Shown here: piece after piece, positions 30,234-40,294 of the stretch
Position numbering within the stretch: the first letter of the stretch is position 1
Layout: each line of letters opens with the position of its first letter
Source: Candidatus Cloacimonadales bacterium
Lineage (GTDB): Bacteria; Cloacimonadota; Cloacimonadia; Cloacimonadales; JAFGVF01
Assembly (NCBI GenBank): GCA_963662585.1
Contig: OY759729.1
Span: forward strand, 2,592,001-2,656,000
Length of the DNA stretch: 64,000 bases
Direction: 5' to 3'
The notes under the pieces: model-generated
The model's database searches: none
Told to the model about the DNA's origin: nothing
Seen by the model: only the letters and a program-made list of their open reading frames with translations
Position numbers and translations under genes: made by a program

Positions 30234-31049
30234 TTACTTCTGAATAATATGCACATCTGTTTGAGGGAAAGGAATATTGATTCCATTTGCATCAAAAGAT
30301 TTTTTTACATTTTCAATAACATCAAAGTGAACATTCCAGAATTCTGCCAAGGGCATCCAAGCACGAACTTTAATATTAACAGAACTATTAGCTAATTCAC
30401 CTACCCGAGCAAATGGAGCAGGATCTTTTAGGATTCTATTATCCTTTTCTAAAATATCTAAAATTAATTTCTTAGCTACTTCAAAATCATCACTATAAGC
30501 AATGCCAAATGTCCATTCATTTCTTCTAGTTTCTTGAGCAGTATAATTAACAATATTTCCATTTGATAATGGTCCATTTGGAATAATTATCTTTTTATTA
30601 TCTACGGTTTTTAGAATAGTATTGAATATTTGGATTGAATCAACAGTACCCATGAAACCTTGAGCTTCGATGAAATCTCCACTTTTAAAAGGTTTTAATA
30701 AGATGATTAATACTCCCCCAGAGAAGTTACTAAGACTACCTTGGAAGGCTAAACCAACAGCAAAAGCCATAGCACTCATGATTGCTATGAATGAGGTCAT
30801 CTGAACTCCAATCATAGTAGCTACACTTATTACAACAAGAACTTTCAATAATATTGAAATAATACTGATTAGGAATTCCAGAAGAGTTACCTCTACTTTA
30901 GCTCTTACTAGGGCTTTTCTAACGATTTTGGTTAAAACTTTAGCTAGCCAAAATCCGATTATTAGGGTAAGAATACCCAAGAGGACTTTTGGTGCGTACT
31001 GAATAGCCATATTTGTTATTTTTTCAACAATTGTTTCCCAATTTGGCAT
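30234..31049 (-). CDS. mscS: Small-conductance mechanosensitive channel
   Basis: GLAFQGSLSNFSGG, PFKSGD, IIPNG, IPFPQ. Confidence 0.9.
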   Translation of the reverse strand: MPNWETIVEKITNMAIQYAPKVLLGILTLIIGFWLAKVLTKIVRKALVRAKVEVTLLEFLISIISILLKVLVVISVATMIGVQMTSFIAIMSAMAFAVGLAFQGSLSNFSGGVLIILLKPFKSGDFIEAQGFMGTVDSIQIFNTILKTVDNKKIIIPNGPLSNGNIVNYTAQETRRNEWTFGIAYSDDFEVAKKLILDILEKDNRILKDPAPFARVGELANSSVNIKVRAWMPLAEFWNVHFDVIENVKKSFDANGINIPFPQTDVHIIQK

Positions 31050-31201
31050 AATTTGCTCCTTATTATTAATTGTTTATAATATGATTGTTTTTTTATAAAA
31101 GGCAATAAATTATTTTTTCTTTATTTTCACTCACAATGAAAAATCTTAGGGTAAAAAAAAAGAGGTTGTTTCCAACCTCAATTATTACTTATTAAATAAA
31201 C

Positions 31202-31471
31202 TTATTCTGCATTTATTTTAAATTCTTTGGCAAGATAAGCTGATATTCTAGCTTTTCTTCTAGAAGCAGTTCTCTTGTGAATAACATTACTTTTTGCAGC
31301 TTTATCTAATTTAGAAAATATTGTGCTAATAAGTTCTTTCTTCTCGTCTAATGAGATATTAGAATGCATCTTTTTATCAAGAGTAGATAAAGTTTTCTTC
31401 ACATAATGATTTCTCGCAGCTCTTTTGGCTTCCTGTCTTAATCTCTTTTCGGGAGACTTACTATTTGGCAT
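31202..31471 (-). CDS. rpsT: 30S ribosomal protein S20
   Basis: MPNSKSPEKRLRQ...RN; DKAAKSNVIHKRTASRRKARI. Confidence 0.95.
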   Translation of the reverse strand: MPNSKSPEKRLRQEAKRAARNHYVKKTLSTLDKKMHSNISLDEKKELISTIFSKLDKAAKSNVIHKRTASRRKARISAYLAKEFKINAE

Positions 31472-31611
31472 TGTTCCTCCAATTAATCTATCTTTTATTT
31501 TTGAATTTAATTTTATATAAGTGAAAAAATAGAATTACCTTTTTCCTGTCAATAGTTTTTTTACTATTTTTTTATATATATGGAAAATAATCAGTTAGAA
31601 TTGTTTATTGT

Positions 31612-32868
31612 TCAATCTTTGGAGATTATTTTTGTTAAGATTTGATCAAGTTTATCTATTTGCTCAATAGTGGAATAGTTTTTGTTATTGGACAAATTAC
31701 TAGATAATTTCTTATTCCAGTGAGAATAAAAATTCTCGATATGAAGTTTTAAGCTGTTAACATCTGAATAGTTAGCACATTTCCCGGCATGACACTCTTG
31801 AATAATAGCATTGGCGTCTCCATCTTGGGGTCCTATGCAAAGGATAGGAACATTAGCGCCAAGATATTCAAATAGCTTGGTAGTTAGCATTCCTTTATTC
31901 TCTGGATAATCATTTATCAATAAAATTAATAATTCAGAGTTAATCATCTCTTCTATTGCTTCTGAATGTGGTAGGTAGTTTTTAATAATAATAGGAAAGT
32001 TTGTATTAAAAGGATTGCTTTCATAGGTACCAATAAAGGTAAATTCAATATTATTATGTAATTGGGGAAGGTTATTGAGAGCAGTAATGATGGAATTAAT
32101 ATCTTGAGCTTCAGTTAATTTGCCCACATATTTTATTCTGAATTTATCGCTCAATATTTTCTTATGATTGGCAAAATCTGCGGGATCATAGGAGTTGGTA
32201 AAAGTTAGCTTATTTCCTTTAGGTAGGCTCTCTTTGATGGAATCTGAAACTATTAGATTAAGGTCGGCTTTTTTTATTACTTTTTTTTCCAAATGTTTAT
32301 TAATTAAATAGGATAGTTTATTTTGCTTAGCTAATTTAAGGAAGTAGATGTCTGCCCAGGGATCACGAAAATCAGTAACCCATTTTATCAGGAATTTACT
32401 TTTTAGCTTGAGTCCGATAAGCTGACTTGAGTGAGGTGGGGAAGTAGTTAGTACTATTTCATAGCTATTAGCTTTAAGGAGTCTCACAGCCTCTTTATAG
32501 GCTTGCTTGTTCCAAATAAACCTAGCGTCTGGGATAATCAAATTAATTCTAATCCAATATAAAATCTTTTTGAGGAGAGTATCTTCTTTATCAGAATTTA
32601 AGGAACCGTAGGGAATCCCAGCTTTATCTTTAGTTACTTTCTTATAGAAATTTCCAAAAATAGGTGTTTTAGTTCTTATTACTTTTATGTTATCAGGGAT
32701 ATTTTTTTCCAGAGAGTTATCAATAATGGGATAATCTCCCTTTTGAGTAGTCAAGACAGTTATATCCCATCCTTTTGCAGGCAGGTATTTAAGGATTCTA
32801 AGCCATCTTTGCACCCCAGCACCTCCACAGGGTGGGAAGTAATAAGTTATTAGGAGAAGGCTTTTCAT
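31612..32868 (-). CDS. GT4 glycosyltransferase
   Basis: YYFPPCGGAGVQR, TSPPHS, DFRDPW, KLFEY. Confidence 0.88.
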   Translation of the reverse strand: MKSLLLITYYFPPCGGAGVQRWLRILKYLPAKGWDITVLTTQKGDYPIIDNSLEKNIPDNIKVIRTKTPIFGNFYKKVTKDKAGIPYGSLNSDKEDTLLKKILYWIRINLIIPDARFIWNKQAYKEAVRLLKANSYEIVLTTSPPHSSQLIGLKLKSKFLIKWVTDFRDPWADIYFLKLAKQNKLSYLINKHLEKKVIKKADLNLIVSDSIKESLPKGNKLTFTNSYDPADFANHKKILSDKFRIKYVGKLTEAQDINSIITALNNLPQLHNNIEFTFIGTYESNPFNTNFPIIIKNYLPHSEAIEEMINSELLILLINDYPENKGMLTTKLFEYLGANVPILCIGPQDGDANAIIQECHAGKCANYSDVNSLKLHIENFYSHWNKKLSSNLSNNKNYSTIEQIDKLDQILTKIISKD

Positions 32869-33971
32869 AGCTTTTCTATAACCTCAATAAAAGGAGTCCA
32901 AGAATATTTTTCATTTTCGTGGGAAATGTGTTTGAAGCTTTCTTCTAGATTGCCTTTTAGATAGAAATTAATAATAGCTTGGGAGAGAGCTTCAATATCA
33001 TTAGCAGGGACTAAGTATCCAGTTTTCCCTTCTTGAACAACTTCTGGAATACCCCCTACACTTGAAGCAATGACTGGCACCCCAAAAGCATAGCTCAACT
33101 GGATTATTCCACTCTGAGTAGCGTGTTTATAGGGCAGTACGCAGACATCAGCAGATAAGAAGAACTCTTGAACCTCTTCATTTGAAATATATTTATCATG
33201 GAATACTATTTTTTTCTCAAGATTATGTTTCCTAATAATATCTAGGTAGCTTGATTTATCTCCATAAACTTCACCAGCAATAGTTAGTTTGAGATTAGGG
33301 AGTTTTTGCAGAACAGCAGGCATAGCTTCAAGGAGGATATCTAAACCCTTATATTGCTTTATATATCCAAAGAAAAGAAGATTGTTCTGAAGCTCGAAGC
33401 TATGTTTTTCTTGTTTAGCATAGAAGTCGTAAGTAGGATGATTTAATTTGAAAACTTGATTTTGCTTTAGATTAGGCAATAGTTTAAACAGACTTTGAGA
33501 GACATTATCTGACATGGTGATAAAATAATCTGCTTTTTTAAGAGCATACTTGCTAAGCGACTCTCCACCAAGCCATTTTTCATGAAAATCAATGTTATCA
33601 ATGATATAAAGAACTTTGGTTTTATTCTTTTTCTTTATTCTTTTAATTATATAGCCAAAAGCGGGAGCAAAGAAGGGAATCCAATATTTAAGAATTAGAA
33701 TATCTGGTTGATAGGCCTTTATTTCTCTTATCGTTTTAGCAAAAGTAAGAGGATTGTAAGGAATTAAGTGAGATTCAATAGGTAAATCAATTATCATTTC
33801 GCTATTTTCAACTTGTTCTTTACCTGGGAAAAGCAGTTTAGGATATTGTTTTTTAAAAGAAAATATCTTTAGGGTGTGTCCATTTTGCTGTAGTTTTTCA
33901 GCAAGAATAGCGATAAACTGAGCAATCCCTCCTCTTAGGGGGTAGGCAGGACCGAGAAAAGCTATCTTCAT
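32865..33971 (-). CDS. GT4 glycosyltransferase
   Basis: GPAYPLRGGIA, FFGYIKQYKG, LPYKHATQSG. Confidence 0.9.
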   Translation of the reverse strand: MKIAFLGPAYPLRGGIAQFIAILAEKLQQNGHTLKIFSFKKQYPKLLFPGKEQVENSEMIIDLPIESHLIPYNPLTFAKTIREIKAYQPDILILKYWIPFFAPAFGYIIKRIKKKNKTKVLYIIDNIDFHEKWLGGESLSKYALKKADYFITMSDNVSQSLFKLLPNLKQNQVFKLNHPTYDFYAKQEKHSFELQNNLLFFGYIKQYKGLDILLEAMPAVLQKLPNLKLTIAGEVYGDKSSYLDIIRKHNLEKKIVFHDKYISNEEVQEFFLSADVCVLPYKHATQSGIIQLSYAFGVPVIASSVGGIPEVVQEGKTGYLVPANDIEALSQAIINFYLKGNLEESFKHISHENEKYSWTPFIEVIEKL

Positions 33972-35038
33972 TAAGGCATTCCTACAAGTTTAACAATTTC
34001 TTCAAAGACTGTTTCAACGGCTATTGTTTCCATACAAGCTTCATCACAAGTGTTTTTATAGCAACACTTACATGGCTTATCTGGTTCTAAAATAGTACCT
34101 AAACCATAGAGCTCAAACTCATGTTTATTGAAGATATTATTAAAAAGTACTAACTTCTTTTCTAGAGCAATTGCCACATGCATTGCCATGGTGACTGAAG
34201 TAACTACTAATTCACAACTTTTAATAATAGTAATAAACTCTTCTAAAGGTTTTACTCCAAAGTATAAAGCTCTTCCGCGTGATGATATTCTCATATTCAT
34301 CTCATTTTCAATTTTTCCTCCAAAAACAACAGGGGTGTAACCATTTTTGTTAAGTTTTTTGCAGAGTTTAATCCAATTCTCTTCTCCCCAGAGTCTTGTT
34401 AACCAACGATTTCCGCATCCTGGGTTGAGTCCAATAATCTTCATTGTATTATCAATACCATAGCGATAGATAGGGTTAGGAGGATCTATTATGTATTTCT
34501 CTTTATTATAAGGGTAGCCACATAATTCGATAATTTCTTGAGGATAGCTCTTGGTATTTTCTTTACAGAGGTCATCCCAGAGTCCTGTTTGCCACTTATG
34601 ACAAGCATCTTGGTCTGCAGCTTGGCAGTGTCCCCATTCATCCATAGAGTAGCCTTTTAAGTGATTAGTTTTCACTGTTGTAGCTAAGGCAATAGCTTCT
34701 CTATCTTTATCTAAATTATAGACTATATCGAATTTTCTAGCTTTAAGCCATAAAATATTATCAGTATTCCATTTTAGGATAGAGTTAACATGAGATTTAG
34801 GGACAAACTCAACAGTTTTAGTTATCCAGGTAATATGGGCTTTGGGGAATGATTTTCTAATCAAGTGGAGAATTGGGGTAGTTCTGAGAACATCACCACT
34901 TGCTCCTAGCTTAATAATTAAAATTTGGCTGTCAAACTGTTTGTATTCAGGACAATCACAACAGTGGTAACCCTTTTCTTTATGTGGTTTACAAGGCATA
35001 TCGCCAGTAAAGTAGATGCAATCATTATTTATTTTCAT
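33971..35038 (-). CDS. GT9 (heptosyltransferase-like) glycosyltransferase with Cys-rich termini
   Basis: IIKLGASGDVL, GLNPG, MHVAIAL; N- and C-terminal Cys clusters. Confidence 0.85.
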   Translation of the reverse strand: MKINNDCIYFTGDMPCKPHKEKGYHCCDCPEYKQFDSQILIIKLGASGDVLRTTPILHLIRKSFPKAHITWITKTVEFVPKSHVNSILKWNTDNILWLKARKFDIVYNLDKDREAIALATTVKTNHLKGYSMDEWGHCQAADQDACHKWQTGLWDDLCKENTKSYPQEIIELCGYPYNKEKYIIDPPNPIYRYGIDNTMKIIGLNPGCGNRWLTRLWGEENWIKLCKKLNKNGYTPVVFGGKIENEMNMRISSRGRALYFGVKPLEEFITIIKSCELVVTSVTMAMHVAIALEKKLVLFNNIFNKHEFELYGLGTILEPDKPCKCCYKNTCDEACMETIAVETVFEEIVKLVGMP

Positions 35039-35049
35039 ATATTCTCCAT

Positions 35050-38000
35050 TTAGTTAAGTAGGAACTTTTTTGCATCATTAAAACTGATGTATAAAAAAGA
35101 ACGCTTAATTTGGTCTATCAAAGTAGCATATTGGGGCAATGAACTAAGAACTAAGGCATTACCTACAATAATAATTTGCTCTTTAGAACGAGAAAGTGCA
35201 ACATTTAGTTTTCTGTCAACTCTTCTATTTGAAGTGAGTGATTGTAGAAGCTCTAATTGATGATGATAATTTACTGTTAATGAATAGATTATGATATCTC
35301 TTTCCGAGCCCTGATATCTTTCAACAGTATCAATAGTTACTTGGTTTTGGACTATAATATCTGAAGTTGATTCTTTGATTAAGTTGATTTGAGATCTCCA
35401 ATTACAGATAACCCCAACTGTATCAGCTGTTAGTCTGTTATTCCAACAAGAGCTTATTGATGTTAGTAGTTTTGTAAGAACTTGAGCTTCAAGGTGGGAG
35501 ATTTTGCTACTACTTTTATCAGGGATATCAATAAAAATACATCTGCTTTGAGAAAGAATATTTTTGACTATTGGGTCATTACTATTAGCATAATTTTGGA
35601 AGAAAAGGTCAGAGTTCTGTCGCTCCATTTTACTTTTCAACAAATTGTTATAATTTAAATTTATAAGCTCAGCAACATCACTGTGCATCCGAAAGTGATA
35701 AGTTAAAGTATGATAGGCCTGATTCCAGCCTTTAGTTTGGGCATTTAGGAAGAGTCTTTCAAACAAGGATTGACGATAAGTATGAATATTAAGTTTGTTT
35801 AGAAGCTCATCAGTACATTCTTGATTATTTTCGCTTTGAATACTGATAGCTGGTAGTTGGTTCTGGTCACCAATTAGGATAAATCTCTTAAAATTTTTGG
35901 TGATGCCAATAAGCTCAACTTCGATTAACTGGGAAGCTTCATCAATGAAGAGTGTATCAAAAGTGATGATGTTATGCAAAGCTTCCTTATGGGCATGATA
36001 AGAAGCAAGGGTAGAACAGAATATCCTATGCTCACTTATCTCCCTAGAAATATCTTGCAGTTTTTTATCAGAAGTACAGAGATTTGATAAGGTGGAAATA
36101 GAATCATCGTTATTACTTCCTAAGCGTAAGTAATTAAGATTTGCTTGGTTTAGCTTAAGGCATACTTCATCAATAGCTCGATTAGTAAAAGCTAGAATTA
36201 GTACTTTCTCAGAACTTTTATCATTTAGGTAACGGACACAATTTAAGAGGAATGAAGAAGTTTTTCCTGTTCCAGGAGGTCCTTGTAGTAAAAAGTAATC
36301 TTGGGCAGCCAGAGCTTTGGTGATTATCGGATTGAGATATTCATCAGCATCTTGATAGGTAAAATCAGGATTAATTTTTGGTTCAAGCTGACCCAGAAGT
36401 AAATCTCTGTTTAGTTTAGGTGAGAGGATAAACTCGGAAAGAGAAGTCATTAATCCATAAAGATTTGCATCACTAGAGTCTGATTCAATAATCCAGTTAT
36501 TTTCCTGCTCAAAGAGACTTTTATTTATTTCTGCATTTTTAGGAGAAAGTTTAACACATTCTGAATCAATGTGAATTAAACTACATTTTAAAACTTGAGA
36601 AAGAACTTTCTCAGCATATAAATAGAGAATTACCCGATCTCCTTCTCTGAGGCTTAGAGTCTTTTTATCATTTGGTCTTCTAAAGATGAGTAGATTATCT
36701 TCTTGATCAATAAAATGAAGATTTGTTAAAGCTCTTGCATTATCTTCTTTTTCTAGCAGAGTAGAGTTCCACATAGAAGAAAAGCCTGATCTGCTAGCAT
36801 TAATTCCTTTTTGACTAGTGTAAGCTCCAGTCTTTGTTGCCCAAATTTCTCTAAATAGAAAGCTAAGGTAGTTGGTGAAATAACTTTTTTCTTCTAGAGA
36901 AAGATTTCTAACTGCATCTTGAAGCATCAGGAATCTATCTAAACTAAACTTTGGAATCTTAGTCATATCAATATTCTCTAGATATTTTACAATATCAATA
37001 GTTCCTTGGGCAAGAGCTTTAAACTCACTTACAATACAGTTTCTTACCATTAATATATGTTGTTCCATATAAGGGGCAGGAGCAACATTTCGAAGTTCTC
37101 CTTGTTTATCTTGACTGTAGAAAATCATGGAAGACCCGCTTCTGTTTTCTCCATAAAGTGAACTTAATAACATATCATAAACATGTACTTGCACTGCGTG
37201 ATTAACCCAAACACCATATTTTGGTAGGCTTCCACTTTTAAGCTCGAAGATAGAGCGTCGGTTAGGTTCATCTGTTTCATCTTCTAATAAGCCGTCTAAT
37301 CTTCCAAAAAGACCATACTGGGGTGAATAGAAAGTTGGCTCTGTTGTTATTTTTATATCTTTGATTCTTTCACATAAATTTTGTAAATTAGGATAGTGAT
37401 AATTTTTGATTGAATCCATAATGTTTAAGAGATTATTAACTCCTAAACTCAAAGAAGTAAGAATAGAAGAGTGAACACAATCTCTAAATATGCTGGTAAA
37501 ATCTCTCTTACCTGAAGCAATCATAACATCTAACATCTGGTTAACGAAATTACCTGTTACTATGGGAATAGAAATACCAACTTTATCAAAAAGTGAAAGA
37601 AGTGCTATTTTGTGATAAGCAGAGTTATTTTGAAAACATTTAGCTATACTAGTTGCATCCAGCAGGAAATCAGGCTCTAAGATGATTTTTGTATTCGATT
37701 GAGTGAAATAGACATTCTCATCATTAGAATTCTGTTTGATATTATAAAATGATAAATTACAACCCTGCCAAAGTAATTTAGCAATACTCCCTATTTTTTT
37801 GCCATAGACAAAATTATCTTTGCTATTAACAGAATCTTTTAAATCCCAGGCAAGTATCTTAACAACCTCATCACTATCCTGCTCATAGCCAAGAATCTCA
37901 CTCTTAAAGCTATTATCATCTTGCTGGATATGTTCGTAGCTCTCAACTACTAGACATAAACTTGATACTTGGGTATGAGCACCTTTCTTTAGTTTAGAAA

Positions 38001-38403
38001 ATTTTTCTATCTCCAAAGTGGCAAATTCTGCTTCAATGAACTCAATTCTTTGGTCAGTAAATTGTAAGATTAATTGATAAAGATAATAGAACGAACTTTT
38101 TACTCTATTTTGAGAAAAGTCCTTAATCTCATTATGAATAACTTTGTTGAGGAAGATTCTTACCCCATTAAGATTAGCTTGTAAATCACTCTCGATGCTA
38201 TAATACTCATTCGCATAAGTGAATCTACTGTATAGATTAGGAAAAGACTCTTTAAAATCACTGCTTATTTCTTCATAAAATGATTCTAATAGATTTCTTA
38301 ATTTCAATACTTGTAAAGATTTTGCATTTTCTTCAATATTATAAATCTCTTCTAACCAATCAAAATAGTAGGTAATTCTTTCATTACTAAGTACTCTAAC
38401 CAT
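35050..38403 (-). CDS. Dna2-like PD-(D/E)xK nuclease / SF1B helicase fusion
   Basis: LEPDFL, GRLD...ELKSG...QVHVY nuclease motifs; QGPPGTGKT, DEASQ, GDQNQL, FRMH, TVERYQGSE, LNVALSR helicase motifs. Confidence 0.85.
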   Translation of the reverse strand: MVRVLSNERITYYFDWLEEIYNIEENAKSLQVLKLRNLLESFYEEISSDFKESFPNLYSRFTYANEYYSIESDLQANLNGVRIFLNKVIHNEIKDFSQNRVKSSFYYLYQLILQFTDQRIEFIEAEFATLEIEKFSKLKKGAHTQVSSLCLVVESYEHIQQDDNSFKSEILGYEQDSDEVVKILAWDLKDSVNSKDNFVYGKKIGSIAKLLWQGCNLSFYNIKQNSNDENVYFTQSNTKIILEPDFLLDATSIAKCFQNNSAYHKIALLSLFDKVGISIPIVTGNFVNQMLDVMIASGKRDFTSIFRDCVHSSILTSLSLGVNNLLNIMDSIKNYHYPNLQNLCERIKDIKITTEPTFYSPQYGLFGRLDGLLEDETDEPNRRSIFELKSGSLPKYGVWVNHAVQVHVYDMLLSSLYGENRSGSSMIFYSQDKQGELRNVAPAPYMEQHILMVRNCIVSEFKALAQGTIDIVKYLENIDMTKIPKFSLDRFLMLQDAVRNLSLEEKSYFTNYLSFLFREIWATKTGAYTSQKGINASRSGFSSMWNSTLLEKEDNARALTNLHFIDQEDNLLIFRRPNDKKTLSLREGDRVILYLYAEKVLSQVLKCSLIHIDSECVKLSPKNAEINKSLFEQENNWIIESDSSDANLYGLMTSLSEFILSPKLNRDLLLGQLEPKINPDFTYQDADEYLNPIITKALAAQDYFLLQGPPGTGKTSSFLLNCVRYLNDKSSEKVLILAFTNRAIDEVCLKLNQANLNYLRLGSNNDDSISTLSNLCTSDKKLQDISREISEHRIFCSTLASYHAHKEALHNIITFDTLFIDEASQLIEVELIGITKNFKRFILIGDQNQLPAISIQSENNQECTDELLNKLNIHTYRQSLFERLFLNAQTKGWNQAYHTLTYHFRMHSDVAELINLNYNNLLKSKMERQNSDLFFQNYANSNDPIVKNILSQSRCIFIDIPDKSSSKISHLEAQVLTKLLTSISSCWNNRLTADTVGVICNWRSQINLIKESTSDIIVQNQVTIDTVERYQGSERDIIIYSLTVNYHHQLELLQSLTSNRRVDRKLNVALSRSKEQIIIVGNALVLSSLPQYATLIDQIKRSFLYISFNDAKKFLLN

Positions 38404-38516
38404 TAATCACTTCCATGTTTATTATTCTTATTGTAATAAATCTGAGATTAGAGATGATTAGTCAATAGATTTTTTTGTGATTGAGAAATAGCTGTGCGAT
38501 TGTATGATTATAGGGC

Positions 38517-38542
38517 GGTGGAAACAGGGATGCTTCTACTCC
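38517..38542 (-). repeat. Single GTAG-type REP-like hairpin
   Basis: Minus strand reads GGAGTAGAAGCATCCCTGTTTCCACC. Confidence 0.4.
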
Positions 38543-38779
38543 ATAAATAGCTACACCAAAAAAAGATTGTTGATAAGCCTAGTATTTTAAGCGTATGTAA
38601 AAAGTATCAAGAATTTTACATATTTTAGCTAAATATTAAAGTCGCTATATATTTATCCAAACTCTTCTCTGCGATGTATATAAATACTATTTTGCTTGAG
38701 TTTGAATAAATCTAATAAGCGATCTCTTTTTGTAAAAAGAGACCAAAAACTCAGAGAAGTTGACTTTTTCAATACTCTA

Positions 38780-38808
38780 AAGAGCAGACTGGAGTACAGT
38801 CTGCTCTT
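38780..38808 (-). terminator. Hairpin downstream of tpx
   Basis: AAGAGCAGACTG-GAGTA-CAGTCTGCTCTT. Confidence 0.75.
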
Positions 38809-38822
38809 GAGTCAAATAAATT

Positions 38823-39323
38823 CTATTTCAAACTAGCTAAAGCTCCATTATAATCAGGTTCTTGAACAATTTCGGGAACCAATTCATTATATATAACTTT
38901 TCCCTCTTCATTAAGAACCACAACGCTACGAGCCATTAATCCAGCCATAGGTCCATCTACTATTTTAACACCATAGGCTTTTGAAAATTCTTCCCCTCTC
39001 ATTTCACTAAGAGTGATAACATTATCTAATCCTTCCGCGCCACAAAATCTAGCTTGAGCAAATGGTAAGTCACGAGAGATACACAATACTACAGTATTTT
39101 CTAGGTTATTAAGTTCAGCATTGAATTTTCTTACTGAAGCTGCACAAACACCAGTATCTAAACTAGGGAAGATGTTAAGAATAACTTTCTTACCTTTATA
39201 ATCACTTAATTTTGCTTCACTTAAATCCTTTTTCACTAAAACAAATTCAGGTGCTAGGACACCTAACTTTGGTAAATTTCCTATTGTATTTATTTCATGT
39301 CCTTGTAATGTAATTTTTGCCAT
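38823..39323 (-). CDS. tpx: Thiol peroxidase
   Basis: [30 protein letters not shown]. Confidence 0.95.
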   Translation of the reverse strand: MAKITLQGHEINTIGNLPKLGVLAPEFVLVKKDLSEAKLSDYKGKKVILNIFPSLDTGVCAASVRKFNAELNNLENTVVLCISRDLPFAQARFCGAEGLDNVITLSEMRGEEFSKAYGVKIVDGPMAGLMARSVVVLNEEGKVIYNELVPEIVQEPDYNGALASLK

Positions 39324-39711
39324 TTTTACTACTCCTTTTTTTTACTCTAATTTTATACTTAATATAAATTGTTACAGGGGAATTGCAAATTATTAATTAA
39401 ATAAAATCTGAAAAAGTCACTATAATCAAGTATTTTAATCAGTAAATTAGATCATAACTCTTAGATTTTTAATTTATCCTTGTCTGCTCTTTCTCACTCA
39501 ACTAAAATAATTTTTGAGATTTTCTTGAGTTGAGTGAGTAATAAGAGGACGAGAGTATTAGACATTAAGAGGAAAATAAGAGGCTTTAATCTGTGATATG
39601 AAAAATTTTAAAGAGAAAAAATCTCAAACTGGACCATTTTGCTAAAAAGTGGGCCCTATAGTATTATGTAGGCCTATGATCAATCAGAAAATAAGAAAGG
39701 AGTAAAAAAAA

Positions 39712-40179
39712 GTGAAAGTAAAATTTAATTTTGGAATAAAAAGTTATTCAGGAAGAATAGATGATATAATTTTCGCGAATTTTGCAGATAAGTCGGTAGT
39801 TTTGGCAAGAAAGTTACCACTTAAGAGAAAGCTTACTGAACAGAACAAAGTTTTTAGAGAGAGAATGAAGCGAATAAGCACTTTATACTCTGTAATTTCA
39901 GAAGGCTATAAAAATGATCTAACTGCTTATTGCAGGGAAATGAATAGGTTAGAAAAATACAAAAATCAGTTAGATATTGGCCGATTTGGAATATTTACTA
40001 AAATGCTATGGGCCGCATATAATGATAGTCAAAACCCCTTATCTCTAGATGATTTATCCCCGGATAATCTGATAATAGGAGTTTATTCTCAGATTAATAC
40101 TGTTAGTACTGCTATAGAAAATGGTTATCTTCCAAGAGTTAAGGGTAGTAGAAAATTCATAAATAATATTGTCTCGTAA
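39712..40179 (+). CDS. Basic hypothetical protein (MKVxFxxGIxxYSG family)
   Basis: AAGGAG RBS before a GTG start; Lys/Arg-rich, no recognisable catalytic motif. Confidence 0.7.
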   Translation: MKVKFNFGIKSYSGRIDDIIFANFADKSVVLARKLPLKRKLTEQNKVFRERMKRISTLYSVISEGYKNDLTAYCREMNRLEKYKNQLDIGRFGIFTKMLWAAYNDSQNPLSLDDLSPDNLIIGVYSQINTVSTAIENGYLPRVKGSRKFINNIVS

Positions 40180-40294
40180 GAAAAATACACATAAATTCTT
40201 CCTTTGGGCTATGTTTATTCTAAGAAGGATTTTTATTATTGACACTTAAGCTATCTATATTTTAATGAAAAGATAAAATTTGGAGTAGAAGAAA

